Positions 1-9,059 of a DNA stretch of 32,000 bases are shown piece by piece. The notes under the pieces were generated by a model. It was not told the origin of the DNA, ran no database searches, and saw only the letters and a list, made by a program, of their open reading frames with translations. The position numbers and the translations under genes are program-made. The first letter of the stretch is position 1, and every line of letters starts with the position of its first letter. The stretch is from an uncultured Erysipelotrichaceae bacterium (GTDB lineage: Bacteria; Bacillota_I; Bacilli_A; Erysipelotrichales; Erysipelotrichaceae), in assembly GCA_942493105.1 (NCBI GenBank), contig OW818668.1, forward strand, positions 180,001 through 212,000, written 5' to 3'.

Positions 1-556
1 GTAAATATCGACGAAGATCTTGATTGACGATTTTAACAAAAGATTGGCGCAAGACCCCTTCTGTATTCTTATAATCACTGCTTCCAAAAAAGGCTGCCAT
101 TTTATCTTTATAAGGCGTCAATGGTTTTAATTTAAAAACCTGTTTGGCGGTTTTATAAAAAGCCAACTTGACATAATAATCTGGGCCTCGTCTTGGCTTA
201 AGTCCAGCAGCACCAGTTAAAATCAATTTATGAACTTTATACTGAGCTGCATACTGAATCGCGACTCTTGCCCCAAAAGAATGTGCAATCAAAATTGGAT
301 CATGAATGTCTAAGCGATCACAAAAGATCTTGAAATTTAAAGTATATTCTTCAACGCCCCAAGCAACAGGCGGTAAACTGCTTTCACCAAAACCAGGAAA
401 ATCAAGTAAAGTCACTTTAAAAGAAGGACTCAAAAAGTCTTGAGTTGCTTGAAACATCTCGATGTTTTGACCCCAACCATGCAAACACACGACATCGCGT
501 CCTTTGCCTTGTTGAGTATAGTTGATATTTACACCGTTGATTTGTAGTTGTGACAT
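1..556 (-). CDS. alpha/beta-fold hydrolase (C-terminus cut by window edge)
   Basis: Not in the ORF track because it runs off the window. Translation from the ATG at 556 gives MSQLQINGVNINYTQQGKGRDVVCLHGWGQN...DPILIAHSFGARVAIQY. It shows an HGWG oxyanion-loop-type motif and an AHSFG nucleophile elbow. It lies only 20 nt downstream of the kinase gene, so it is probably co-transcribed. Confidence 0.7.
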   Translation of the reverse strand, partial: MSQLQINGVNINYTQQGKGRDVVCLHGWGQNIEMFQATQDFLSPSFKVTLLDFPGFGESSLPPVAWGVEEYTLNFKIFCDRLDIHDPILIAHSFGARVAIQYAAQYKVHKLILTGAAGLKPRRGPDYYVKLAFYKTAKQVFKLKPLTPYKDKMAAFFGSSDYKNTEGVLRQSFVKIVNQDLRRYL

Positions 557-576
557 GGTCTTTCTAGATTAACCGA

Positions 577-1932
577 TTAGTTTAAGATTTCGGTTTCTTT
601 CATAACATTTTCAGGATTGATGATGAAGGTTACTCCATTATCTTCATTGTGGATTCTAATGGTATATCCATAAGCTGTGATGACTCTGTGTACGATGGAT
701 AGGCCTAAGCCAAACTGACCACCGGCACCTCTTTCATAGGGCTTAAAAAGCTGCTGCATACGGTTTTCAGGGATCTTTATCCCATCGTTATACACACTGA
801 GTTCATCTTTAGCCAAACGTATTTCAACCACAGTTTTAGCATAACGCAAAGCATTGTCCAACAGATTTTCAACAACGACACGCCAGGGTTCTTCTTGTCC
901 AAAGTATGAACAAGAGGTCAGTTCTGTAATCAGTTTGATTTCAGGCTTTAAGACTTTGACAGAACGGATTGCCTTTTCAACAACGATCTTCATGTCGGTC
1001 TTACCAGGCTTGGTATCTTGAATCATATATTCCATACGATTGAGCAGCAGTAAACTATGGACTTTCTTTTCTAGACGAGAAGCATGCTCAATGATGACAT
1101 CGACACTGGCTTCTAAAGTATTGTATGGATATATGCCATCTTTGATCGATTCACCATAAGACTTGATCGTTGCGATCGGTGTTTTTAAGTCATGAGAGAT
1201 GTTATGGATCATTTCTTCTTTGAGTTCTTCTTGACGTTTCAACTCTTTGTTCATGGTGACGATGGCAGTTGCCAGTTCACCGATTTCATCTTTACGATTG
1301 ATCACAAGCTCTATATTTTCACCTTTCTTATAATTGGTGATGTAGAATTCGATCTGTTTCAAAGAATGAATCAAATACCCTACCCAAGCCATCAAGAACA
1401 GAAAGATCAAACCAACCATGATCAAGATGATGTTGACAACCTCATTGATCAAGGTCGATCTAAACCGATTCATCGTATTGGTCACCATAAAGCTGACGAT
1501 CCAGACTTGATTGTTGATTCGAGTTGATGTGTAGGCAACATTAGGCTGCTCAAGTTTAGAGATCTGATCTGAAGACGTAGTCAACTGCATCGTGATTTTT
1601 TGTTTGAATTCCGCAAAGAGATCTGTTGAAATATGGGTTGCCGCATTGGTCAAGGTTTCGCAGGAGTTGTCCGTGAAAATAATGTAGTGAACGACGGTTG
1701 GATCAGAATTGTTAAAGAGGTCTTCTTCAGAAACAAAGTTATAATAATTGTCGATGACCGCATCTTGTGAACGATGAATCGACTCAAACATCTGATTTTG
1801 GGCAATATGATCAATATTTGAAAAGATATATGACATCAAGAAAAATCCGAATAGGAAAATAGAAATCAGTACCAAACTGACCAATTGTTGGGTCAAACTC
1901 ATATTTTGAATAAAGGTACTGATCTTTTTCAT
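577..1932 (-). CDS. sensor histidine kinase (2 TM, HAMP, HisKA, HATPase)
   Basis: H-box HNISHDLKTPIATIKSY, N-box ENLLDNALRYA, G-boxes YNDGIKIP and GLGLSIV. Two hydrophobic segments flank an extracellular loop of about 130 aa. The ATG at 1932 overlaps the regulator stop (TGATG); the ORF-track start at 1935 is a TTG one codon upstream. Confidence 0.9.
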   Translation of the reverse strand: MKKISTFIQNMSLTQQLVSLVLISIFLFGFFLMSYIFSNIDHIAQNQMFESIHRSQDAVIDNYYNFVSEEDLFNNSDPTVVHYIIFTDNSCETLTNAATHISTDLFAEFKQKITMQLTTSSDQISKLEQPNVAYTSTRINNQVWIVSFMVTNTMNRFRSTLINEVVNIILIMVGLIFLFLMAWVGYLIHSLKQIEFYITNYKKGENIELVINRKDEIGELATAIVTMNKELKRQEELKEEMIHNISHDLKTPIATIKSYGESIKDGIYPYNTLEASVDVIIEHASRLEKKVHSLLLLNRMEYMIQDTKPGKTDMKIVVEKAIRSVKVLKPEIKLITELTSCSYFGQEEPWRVVVENLLDNALRYAKTVVEIRLAKDELSVYNDGIKIPENRMQQLFKPYERGAGGQFGLGLSIVHRVITAYGYTIRIHNEDNGVTFIINPENVMKETEILN

Positions 1933-2588
1933 CAACCTAACCGATACCCATATCCATAAATCGTATGAATATTGAGCGCCTTAAGTTTCTTACGTAGTCT
2001 GCGTAACGTATCGTCAACCACCCGATCAGATCCAAAGTAATTGGTTTCCCACACTCTTTCTAGGATTTGTTCGCGTGAAAATGCGATGGTCTTGTTGCGG
2101 ACAAACATCATGAGTAGATCGAATTCTTTGGTGGTCAATTCAATCTCTGAATCGTGTTCATAGACTTTGCGTTGAACCAAATCGATCTCATAACCATCGA
2201 CTTCGATACGATCGTCGTCTTTATACACACGGCGCATGATGTTGTTGACTCTTAATACAAGTTCTTTGGGTGAAAAAGGCTTGGTGATATAATCATCTGA
2301 TCCTTTTTCTAGACCGATGATACGATCAAACTCTTTATCACGGGCAGACATAAAGATAACAGGAACCGAAGGATTGACTTTACGTATCTCTTCGATCAAA
2401 TCAAAACCGCTTCGATTGTCCAGCATAATGTCCAAAATCCATAAAAGAATATCCGGATTATGCGTCTGCATGCTCGCACTATCATAAGTCAAATGAGATC
2501 TGACTTCATAGCCTTCTTTCTCAAGATAACGTTTTACCAATTCATTGAGATCTTTTTCATCTTCGACGATCGAAATGATGCGTTTCAT
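1932..2588 (-). CDS. OmpR/PhoB-family response regulator
   Basis: Receiver domain with acidic pocket (VEDE, phospho-acceptor in WILDIMLD). C-terminal winged-helix trans_reg_C domain (LTTKEFDLL...IHTIYGYGYRL). Its start codon overlaps the glmM stop by 1 nt (TAATG). Confidence 0.92.
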   Translation of the reverse strand: MKRIISIVEDEKDLNELVKRYLEKEGYEVRSHLTYDSASMQTHNPDILLWILDIMLDNRSGFDLIEEIRKVNPSVPVIFMSARDKEFDRIIGLEKGSDDYITKPFSPKELVLRVNNIMRRVYKDDDRIEVDGYEIDLVQRKVYEHDSEIELTTKEFDLLMMFVRNKTIAFSREQILERVWETNYFGSDRVVDDTLRRLRKKLKALNIHTIYGYGYRLG

Positions 2589-3913
2589 TATAGGTGCTCT
2601 CTTTCAATGACAGCTACGATTTGGGATACTAAGTCATCACACAGATCTTGAGTCGAGGCCTCAGCCATGACCCGAACCAAAGGTTCAGTTCCAGATGGGC
2701 GAACCAAGATGCGTCCTTCTGTGCCTAATGTTTCTTGAAGCAAGGCGATGTGTTCACACAATACAGGATTCTTTAAGGCTTCATGCTTGTTTGCGACTTG
2801 CACATTGATCAAGGTCTGAGGATAAATGATGAGGTTTTTGGATAGTTCCGCAAGTCCCTTCTTTTCTTCAACCATGATCGATAATAAGCTAAGGGCAGTT
2901 AGTAGACCATCTCCGGTACTTAAGTACTGTTTAAAGATGATATGACCGGACTGTTCACCGCCTAAGCTCAGATCTTTCTGAAGCATTCTGTCATAAACAT
3001 ATTTATCTCCGACTTGAGTCTGTTCGGTTTTGATGCCTGCATCTTGCAGAGCTTTATAGAGACCAAGATTGGCCATGACGGTAGTAACGACCGTATCTTG
3101 ATTGAGTAACTTATGCTTCATCATATTCAAAGCACAAATGTAGATGGTCTTATCTCCATCGATCAAGTTACCTTGTTCATCAACCGCGATTAAGCGATCC
3201 GCATCTCCATCAAACGCAAGACCTACATGACACTTATTTTCAATGACGAATTTTTGCAGATCTTCAGGATGCGTCGATCCGCAATGATTGTTGATGTTGA
3301 TCCCATTAGGGTTATCATGCATGCTCACTACATTCGCATGCATCGATTCCAATACTCTTTTAGCACTGACACAGGCAGATCCATTGGCCGCATCGATCGC
3401 AATCTTCAACCCTCTTAGATCAATAGGATAGATTGAAGTAATATAATGGATATAATGGTCTAATCCTTGTGGGTATGCTTCTATCTTACCGATTTCAGTA
3501 TCATTGGCTAAAATCAAATGCGTTTCTTTATTGAGCACTTTTTCAATCAAAGCTTCGATTCGATCATCTATCTTTATGCCTTGATGATTAAAAATCTTGA
3601 TTCCATTATCATAATAAGGATTATGACTGGCAGAGATCATCACACCAGCGATAAAATCTTCTTTAGAGCACAAATAAGCAATGGTCGGTGTAGGAACTAC
3701 CCCAGCATCATAAGCATGCGCTGAAGACGCGGCTATGCCTGCACAGACTGCATACTTCAACATCCCTGAACTTAATCTGGTATCCATGCCTACAACGATC
3801 TTAGACTTTGGATAGATCGCACCTAGTGCTTGTCCAATTTGAAAAGCCATATCAACGGTCAACCCAACATTGGCTTTTCCTCTAACTCCATCTGTTCCGA
3901 AATATTGTCCCAT
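2588..3913 (-). CDS. glmM: phosphoglucosamine mutase
   Basis: N-terminus MGQYFGTDGVRGKAN, active-site phosphoserine loop SASHNPYYDNGIK, metal loop FDGDADR, GEQSGH sugar loop. AAGGAG lies 5 nt upstream of the ATG. Classic position after cdaA-cdaR. Confidence 0.95.
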   Translation of the reverse strand: MGQYFGTDGVRGKANVGLTVDMAFQIGQALGAIYPKSKIVVGMDTRLSSGMLKYAVCAGIAASSAHAYDAGVVPTPTIAYLCSKEDFIAGVMISASHNPYYDNGIKIFNHQGIKIDDRIEALIEKVLNKETHLILANDTEIGKIEAYPQGLDHYIHYITSIYPIDLRGLKIAIDAANGSACVSAKRVLESMHANVVSMHDNPNGININNHCGSTHPEDLQKFVIENKCHVGLAFDGDADRLIAVDEQGNLIDGDKTIYICALNMMKHKLLNQDTVVTTVMANLGLYKALQDAGIKTEQTQVGDKYVYDRMLQKDLSLGGEQSGHIIFKQYLSTGDGLLTALSLLSIMVEEKKGLAELSKNLIIYPQTLINVQVANKHEALKNPVLCEHIALLQETLGTEGRILVRPSGTEPLVRVMAEASTQDLCDDLVSQIVAVIEREHL

Positions 3914-3921
3914 GATGCTCC

Positions 3922-5289
3922 TTAATTCGTCACTTTGATTTTAATGGTCGATTTGACTAAGGTGTACTTAACCAATGGATTAGGTCCTTGGACATACAGT
4001 TGGACTTCGTTTTCACCTAAGACAACATTCTTCATATCAAAGTAAACATATAAATCTTCATTGGTGATCGATTCAATATTAGTCTGTGTTCCAAACACAT
4101 TAACGGACGTATAAACATCCTGAAGATCCACTAAGGTAAAACGATAACCCTTCACATTATTTGAATATTCAATGATGACATTAGGGATGGTTTTGGTGGC
4201 TCCAGGTGCCAACTTGATCTGCATATTGACAACCTTAACGGAAGTTTTAGTGATGCCTGAAGGTAATGGAATATCTGCTACCAAATTAACATCCGCCGTC
4301 AACGCTGTCGCATCTATAGGAACCAATACAGTATCAATCGCACCTAAAATAGAATCTTGACCATAAATCGTAATGGTCTGATGATCATAAGTCACAGTGT
4401 CAATGGCTAAACCACCTGGTATTTCACCAATCGGCGAGATCGCAACAGGAACACTCTTATTGGGCGATGAGACCCCTACTGTAACAGAAACCTTGGTCGG
4501 CAAAATATCGACAATCATGCGATCTCCGTTTTGATCATAGGCCACAACTGTTCCTTCTTTTGTAAAATCATTGGTGACTCCAGATACATCGATCAGGACT
4601 TTAACCATACCGATCTTATCCAAAGTATCTTGAGATGCACGGATGATGACTTCTTGGTCAGATAAGACAGGCACTCCTAAAACATATTCCTGATTCATTT
4701 GATCTTTGTTGACGAAATCATAAGACAAGGCAAAACGTTCTGAGATCTTCTTTTTTATGGTAATGACTGCTGTTGTTTGCGATAAAGCAACATCCAACCG
4801 AGTCGAAAAATCTTTAGGCGATAATCTGACTTCGTGCGTACCTTCAAGAAGCCCTGACAGATCCGCAACGACAGAATAAGCTTTTTGTGTATTCATTAGT
4901 GAAATATCTGACAGATCTCCAACCACATAAGCTGACACACTCTTCGGTAAACCTGAAATCTCATAGATTTCTGTATTCGCAATGACACTTACGGGGATCA
5001 GCGGAATCTTATATCCGGATTGAACCGGATTATTGAAGACAGATTCTCCAAGGTTGAAGTTGATGGCCGCATACAGGATAACTGCTAAAACCAATGAAAC
5101 AAGTTTGCTTGTCTTTTGGTTATACATCAATTTATCAAACCAACTGCTGATAAATCTTAAGATTCTTAAGATGAGCTGTTCAATATTGGTATAGGTCGTA
5201 ACAACTTTCTTACTTTGGTTGGCGATTTGCTTAGCCAGCTCTAGCTTTTCTTGGCCACTGCTTGGCTGTTGCTTTTTGGGCTTGCTCAT
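3922..5289 (-). CDS. cdaR: YbbR-domain protein, CdaA regulator CdaR
   Basis: N-terminal TM anchor (LVSLVLAVILYAAINF) followed by about four YbbR-like beta-rich repeats. Start moved to the ATG at 5289 (MSKPKKQQ), preceded by AAGGAGGTG. There is a 1-nt gap from the cdaA stop. Confidence 0.85.
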   Translation of the reverse strand: MSKPKKQQPSSGQEKLELAKQIANQSKKVVTTYTNIEQLILRILRFISSWFDKLMYNQKTSKLVSLVLAVILYAAINFNLGESVFNNPVQSGYKIPLIPVSVIANTEIYEISGLPKSVSAYVVGDLSDISLMNTQKAYSVVADLSGLLEGTHEVRLSPKDFSTRLDVALSQTTAVITIKKKISERFALSYDFVNKDQMNQEYVLGVPVLSDQEVIIRASQDTLDKIGMVKVLIDVSGVTNDFTKEGTVVAYDQNGDRMIVDILPTKVSVTVGVSSPNKSVPVAISPIGEIPGGLAIDTVTYDHQTITIYGQDSILGAIDTVLVPIDATALTADVNLVADIPLPSGITKTSVKVVNMQIKLAPGATKTIPNVIIEYSNNVKGYRFTLVDLQDVYTSVNVFGTQTNIESITNEDLYVYFDMKNVVLGENEVQLYVQGPNPLVKYTLVKSTIKIKVTN

Positions 5290-5290
5290 G

Positions 5291-6304
5291 CTATTCACCT
5301 CCTTGTTTATCATCATTATCTTCGAGAAGGACATCTTTAGAAACACTATATTCTAAATCTAGTTTTTCCATCAGTTCTTCTTTAGTCGCTTCAATAGTCT
5401 GTTCTAGAGGTTGTTGAGTTGACTTTGTTGATTTAGGTTTCCTACCAAAACGAAGTTTCTTTTCAGAATCAATCGGTAAGATGGTCAATGTCGTCTTGGG
5501 TTTGATGGACTTGGTATGATCGATCTCAGGCATATCTTGTATGATTGCTTTTTCTAAGAAAGGTCTTAATTCTGCATGTGTGATTGGAACAAGTTCGCCT
5601 TTTTCAGCAATCGATATCTGTCCGCTTTTTTCACTGATGACGATCGTAATGGAATCTGTGATCTCACTGATCCCAATAGCAGCTCTGTGACGAGCTCCAA
5701 TTTTGGATGGTAAATCAATCGTCGTCGGTGGAAAATAAGCAGATGCACAGGCAATGCGGTCCCCTTGGATGATGATGGCACCATCATGTAAAGGTGTGGT
5801 TTCAACAAAAATTGATTGAATCAGTTCTGAACTGACCAAAGAATTAAGTTGAGTCCCTGTTTCTATATAATTATTTAAAGAATGACCTTGTTCAAGTGTA
5901 ATCAAGGCACCTATTTTATTTTTAGATAAGTTATCTGTAGCATCTACTAAAGCTGAAACAAGTTTCTGACGTTCATTGCCTGATAGTGTTGATAGTCTAG
6001 AGAATACCGTGGTTTTTCCAATACGTTCAAGTAAAGATCTGATTTCAGGTTGAAAGATGATGATGATGGCCAGAAAGCCCCAAGTCACCAAGACGCCTGC
6101 CAACCAACTGACAGCCGTAAATCCAAAGAAATTAGCGACCGCTTGTAGCAATAAGATGAAAACAATGCCTTTGAAGATTTGCGATGTTCTGGCATTGTTT
6201 CTAACTATTTTTACCCCGTAATATAATAATATCCAAAGGATAAGGATATCAAAAATCATTCTGAACAGCTGGACAATGGTCTGTATGGTGTTATAACTGA
6301 ACAT
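5291..6304 (-). CDS. cdaA: diadenylate cyclase CdaA (membrane-anchored DAC domain)
   Basis: Three N-terminal TM helices. DAC motifs PLHDGAIII and GARHRAAIGISE...VISEKSG. Start moved to the ATG at 6304 (MFSYNTIQ), preceded by AAGGAGGG 6 nt upstream. The ORF-track 5' extension to 6436 crosses the promoter. Confidence 0.93.
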   Translation of the reverse strand: MFSYNTIQTIVQLFRMIFDILILWILLYYGVKIVRNNARTSQIFKGIVFILLLQAVANFFGFTAVSWLAGVLVTWGFLAIIIIFQPEIRSLLERIGKTTVFSRLSTLSGNERQKLVSALVDATDNLSKNKIGALITLEQGHSLNNYIETGTQLNSLVSSELIQSIFVETTPLHDGAIIIQGDRIACASAYFPPTTIDLPSKIGARHRAAIGISEITDSITIVISEKSGQISIAEKGELVPITHAELRPFLEKAIIQDMPEIDHTKSIKPKTTLTILPIDSEKKLRFGRKPKSTKSTQQPLEQTIEATKEELMEKLDLEYSVSKDVLLEDNDDKQGGE

Positions 6305-6329
6305 TACAAAACCCTCCTTAGTCTCAAAT

Positions 6330-6358
6330 ATTATAACATAACCGCAATTATGTGATAA
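6330..6358 (-). promoter_or_regulatory. sigma-A type promoter of the cdaA operon
   Basis: Minus strand reads TTATCA, then 17 nt, then TGtTATAAT (extended -10). It lies about 25 nt upstream of the cdaA RBS. Confidence 0.6.
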
Positions 6359-6412
6359 AGGCAACCTTGTGAAATTGTGTGAAGGAAAGCATAAGATTTG
6401 TGTGATACAATA

Positions 6413-7570
6413 ATGGATATGATTAGCACCATTCAACTAGAAGACAAAACAATCACTTTAATCGGTACAGCTCATGTTTCACATCAGTCTGCCCAAGAGG
6501 TTTTAGATGACTTAAGCAATGGATCTTATGATGCAATTGCCATAGAACTTGATGAAGAAAGATTCAAAGGCCTCAATCAAGAAAAAACTTGGAAAGATAC
6601 CGACATCATCAAGATCATCAAACAAAAACAAACAGGATTATTGATGACTCAGCTCATTTTAGCCTCTTATCAGAAACGTTTGGCGAAAGCCAATCAGATC
6701 AATGTCGGACAAGAAATGATCACTGCGATTCAATATGCCCAAGACCATGAGATCCGCTTACTTAAAATCGATCGAAGTGTCACCATTACCTTTCAAAGGA
6801 TCTGGAGATCCTTTAACTTTTTTGACAAAATAAAGCTCTTGACGGAATTGATCTTGTCGGTCTTTTCAACTGAAAAATTCAGTGAGGCTGATTTAGAAAA
6901 GCTGAAAGAACAAGATATGCTTCAAGCTGCTTTGGCTGAAGTGAGTCAGAAGTTTCCTAAGATTGCAGAAACCTTGATCTTTGAACGAGATCGGATCATG
7001 GCCTATAAACTAAGACATGCGTCGGGTTCAAACATCGTTGCGATCGTTGGCGCAGCCCATGTGTCAGGCATCATCAGTCATCTCACTAATGCAGATTTAA
7101 ACATTGATTCCTTAATGAGTGTGCCTCCTGCAGGTAAATTTAACAAGATCATTGCTTATATCTTTCCTTTATCGATCATTGCCTTACTTGTCATCACCAT
7201 GGCCTTAAGTCCTGATTTAGCCCTTAATACCATCTTGAAGTTCATTGTCTTCAATGGCTCATTAGCGGCCCTTGGGACCTTCATTGCCTTTGGTCATCCT
7301 TTAAGTATCTTGACAGCCTTTATCGCTGCACCAATCGGTATCTTATCACCTGTATTGGCAACAGGTTGGTTTGCGGGACTAACCGAAGCAACGATGCGTA
7401 AACCCAAAGTATCGGATTTTATGAATCTTCAGGAAGATGCCATGCATTTAAAAGGCTGGTGGAAAAACAGAGTCTTACGGATCCTGTTGGTGGTGATGAT
7501 GGCCAATATCTTTGCGAGTTTTGGATCGATCGTCACATCGATTGATTTGTTTAAAAATATATTCAATTAA
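6413..7570 (+). CDS. TraB/PrgY-family protein with C-terminal membrane domain
   Basis: N-terminal TLIGTAHVS signature and a second GAAHVSG motif typical of the TraB family. C-terminal third is strongly hydrophobic (4-5 TM). The start is uncertain (ATG 6413 or 6419; the ORF-track TTG at 6398 has no SD). Confidence 0.8.
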   Translation: MDMISTIQLEDKTITLIGTAHVSHQSAQEVLDDLSNGSYDAIAIELDEERFKGLNQEKTWKDTDIIKIIKQKQTGLLMTQLILASYQKRLAKANQINVGQEMITAIQYAQDHEIRLLKIDRSVTITFQRIWRSFNFFDKIKLLTELILSVFSTEKFSEADLEKLKEQDMLQAALAEVSQKFPKIAETLIFERDRIMAYKLRHASGSNIVAIVGAAHVSGIISHLTNADLNIDSLMSVPPAGKFNKIIAYIFPLSIIALLVITMALSPDLALNTILKFIVFNGSLAALGTFIAFGHPLSILTAFIAAPIGILSPVLATGWFAGLTEATMRKPKVSDFMNLQEDAMHLKGWWKNRVLRILLVVMMANIFASFGSIVTSIDLFKNIFN

Positions 7571-7597
7571 AAAGGGTGAAGATTCACCCTTTAGTTT
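7571..7597. terminator. bidirectional hairpin between convergent genes
   Basis: AAAGGGTGAAGATTCACCCTTTAGTTT: the AGGGTG/CACCCT stem is flanked by an A-run and a T-run. Confidence 0.7.
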
Positions 7598-8502
7598 GCC
7601 CATAGATCGAAAGGATATTTTCCTTCAGCCTTGTATTTTAAGAATTGTTCAACGACATACGGTTTATCATCATGATAGGTGACCCCAAACCATTCATTTT
7701 CAGATGGGATGACTTTGATCGAATATGTTTTTTCTTTGATGGTTTCACCAATCATCGTAGGGATGACATGCTCACACTTCAAAGGATTCTTTAAGAGTTC
7801 TCTATCAAGATAAGCACTTAATTGCTTTTCAGCGATTTCAAAGATTTTTGGAGTAAAACCCCAGAAATTCATAGAAACCAAATTGGTTTCATCTAAAGGG
7901 AACCAACCTGTCTCATCGTTACCACTGACGATTTGATCGTTGAGTCGTTTGATTTTCGCATGCTCTACAACATCGACCAATTGGTGATCTTCAACCACAC
8001 AGACTCCACGGCTTACAGTTCCTGAATCAGATAAAGTATTAGCTAAACGATAACCTACCATACTATAGACATCATCTTTAACTTCACGACTTAAGAAGTC
8101 AAACATTTGTTTAAAGGCATCTTTACCATAATAATCATCCGCATTACAAATCATAAAAGGTTCCTTGACTTGATCTTTGCATACCCATAATGCATGTGTC
8201 GTTCCCCAGGGCTTAACGCGATCTTCAGGTGCAACAAAACCTTCAGGCAAGACTTTCATATCCTGAAAGACGTATTGTACTTCTATGAAGGATCTGACCC
8301 GATCAACCAGAGCTTTATTAAAGGCATCTTCATGTTCCTTACGAATGATCAAATATACTTTTTTAAAACCAGCACGTATCGCATCATAGATTGAAAAATC
8401 AATGATGGATTCTCCGTTATTGCCTACCGTATCAATTTGCTTAAGTCCACCATAACGGCTTCCCATTCCGGCAGCTAAAATAACTAAACTTGGATGTTTC
8501 AT
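7591..8502 (-). CDS. sugar-phosphate nucleotidyltransferase family protein
   Basis: N-terminal LAAGMGSRYGGLKQ glycine-rich NTP-binding loop of the GlmU/RmlA-like NTP-transferase fold. AAGAGG RBS. Substrate not assignable. Confidence 0.75.
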   Translation of the reverse strand: MKHPSLVILAAGMGSRYGGLKQIDTVGNNGESIIDFSIYDAIRAGFKKVYLIIRKEHEDAFNKALVDRVRSFIEVQYVFQDMKVLPEGFVAPEDRVKPWGTTHALWVCKDQVKEPFMICNADDYYGKDAFKQMFDFLSREVKDDVYSMVGYRLANTLSDSGTVSRGVCVVEDHQLVDVVEHAKIKRLNDQIVSGNDETGWFPLDETNLVSMNFWGFTPKIFEIAEKQLSAYLDRELLKNPLKCEHVIPTMIGETIKEKTYSIKVIPSENEWFGVTYHDDKPYVVEQFLKYKAEGKYPFDLWAN

Positions 8503-8547
8503 AGTTAACCTCTTGTGATTATATTGTATAGGGATTTAAGCATTAAC

Positions 8548-8925
8548 TCAATGCGAAATGTTCGTAAGTACGATTATCAAAATAATCACTGGAGCATACG
8601 CAATAAAAATCAAACCCAATAACCAAAACTCAAGTCTCAAATCATCCTTGCGTTTATACCAAGCAACCATAAACAAAAAGTAAACCAAGACAGAAAGAAT
8701 ATTAAGAAAAAATGATTTCCATAAAAAGTCAGATGCGAAATAAATAATCTGTAAAGACATCCCTGCTAATCCTAATTTAATGATTTTAGGAAAACCTAAA
8801 AAGATCTGAGCTAAACGAATCAGGAAGTTTGGTTTTTCTTGATGATCTATACAATACGGACATTGATGATGTTTTGTTTCATCATATTCATATCCACATT
8901 GTGGACATTGATTCAGTTTCGTCAA
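8548..8925 (-). CDS. zinc-ribbon membrane protein, unknown function
   Basis: CPQCGYEY...HHQCPYC (CxxC-N13-CxxC) followed by three hydrophobic helices. The only in-frame start is a TTG with no clear SD, so the start and even expression are uncertain. Confidence 0.5.
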   Translation of the reverse strand: MTKLNQCPQCGYEYDETKHHQCPYCIDHQEKPNFLIRLAQIFLGFPKIIKLGLAGMSLQIIYFASDFLWKSFFLNILSVLVYFLFMVAWYKRKDDLRLEFWLLGLIFIAYAPVIILIIVLTNISH

Positions 8926-9059
8926 AGTTATAAAGTTCCATTTCTTTTTATGTTTACTATAAATAGTTTAGCATGTTTATAACAGATAAAAATTCACTTG
9001 TTTCTGTTCAAATTGAAAATGAATCCAGCTTAACTTATACTACCTGTGAGGAGAATCAA

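Noticed and set aside
1192-1527. Plus-strand 111-aa ORF, and many similar 60-125-aa ORFs in the track: 2460-2651, 3227-3418, 3518-3724, 4172-4360, 8194-8394, 10635-10841, 11678-11968, 12881-13096, 13499-13876, 14549-14767, 15704-15919, 16394-16576, 17186-17368, 17474-17671, 18083-18439, 18548-18838, 18851-19114, 19886-20161, 20195-20404, 22847-23029, 24553-24930, 25028-25210, 26051-26245, 26323-26664, 29083-29316, 29764-30120.
   Set aside because: All lie antisense to long ORFs that carry clear family motifs. They have no RBS and give low-complexity or odd-composition translations. They are shadow ORFs.
5566-5808. Same-strand alternative-frame ORFs nested in real genes: 5566-5808 in cdaA, 12567-12875 in the protease, 15222-15440 in the FN3 gene, 17649-17846 in E1 beta, 20570-20803 across the E3 start, 31015-31248.
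   Set aside because: They overlap frames with strong homology signatures and have no independent translation signals or recognisable motifs.
6402-6421. TGaTACAAT extended -10 box ending 2 nt before the first ATG of the TraB-family gene, suggesting a leaderless mRNA starting at the ATG at 6419.
   Set aside because: The spacing from the -10 box to 6419 is slightly long and there is no -35. Without TSS data this is too speculative, so it is noted only as start-codon uncertainty.
6305-6436. N-terminal extensions given by the ORF track: cdaA to 6436, cdaR to 5346, E1 beta to 18432, E3 to 20754, aldolase to 21767, protease to 13746, EIIB to 26567, regulator to 29279, serine hydrolase from 8973, IIB(Man)-like to 12228.
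   Set aside because: In each case an internal ATG matches the canonical family N-terminus and is preceded by AAGGAG-type SD at 5-9 nt. The extensions run through upstream stop regions, promoters or neighbouring genes.
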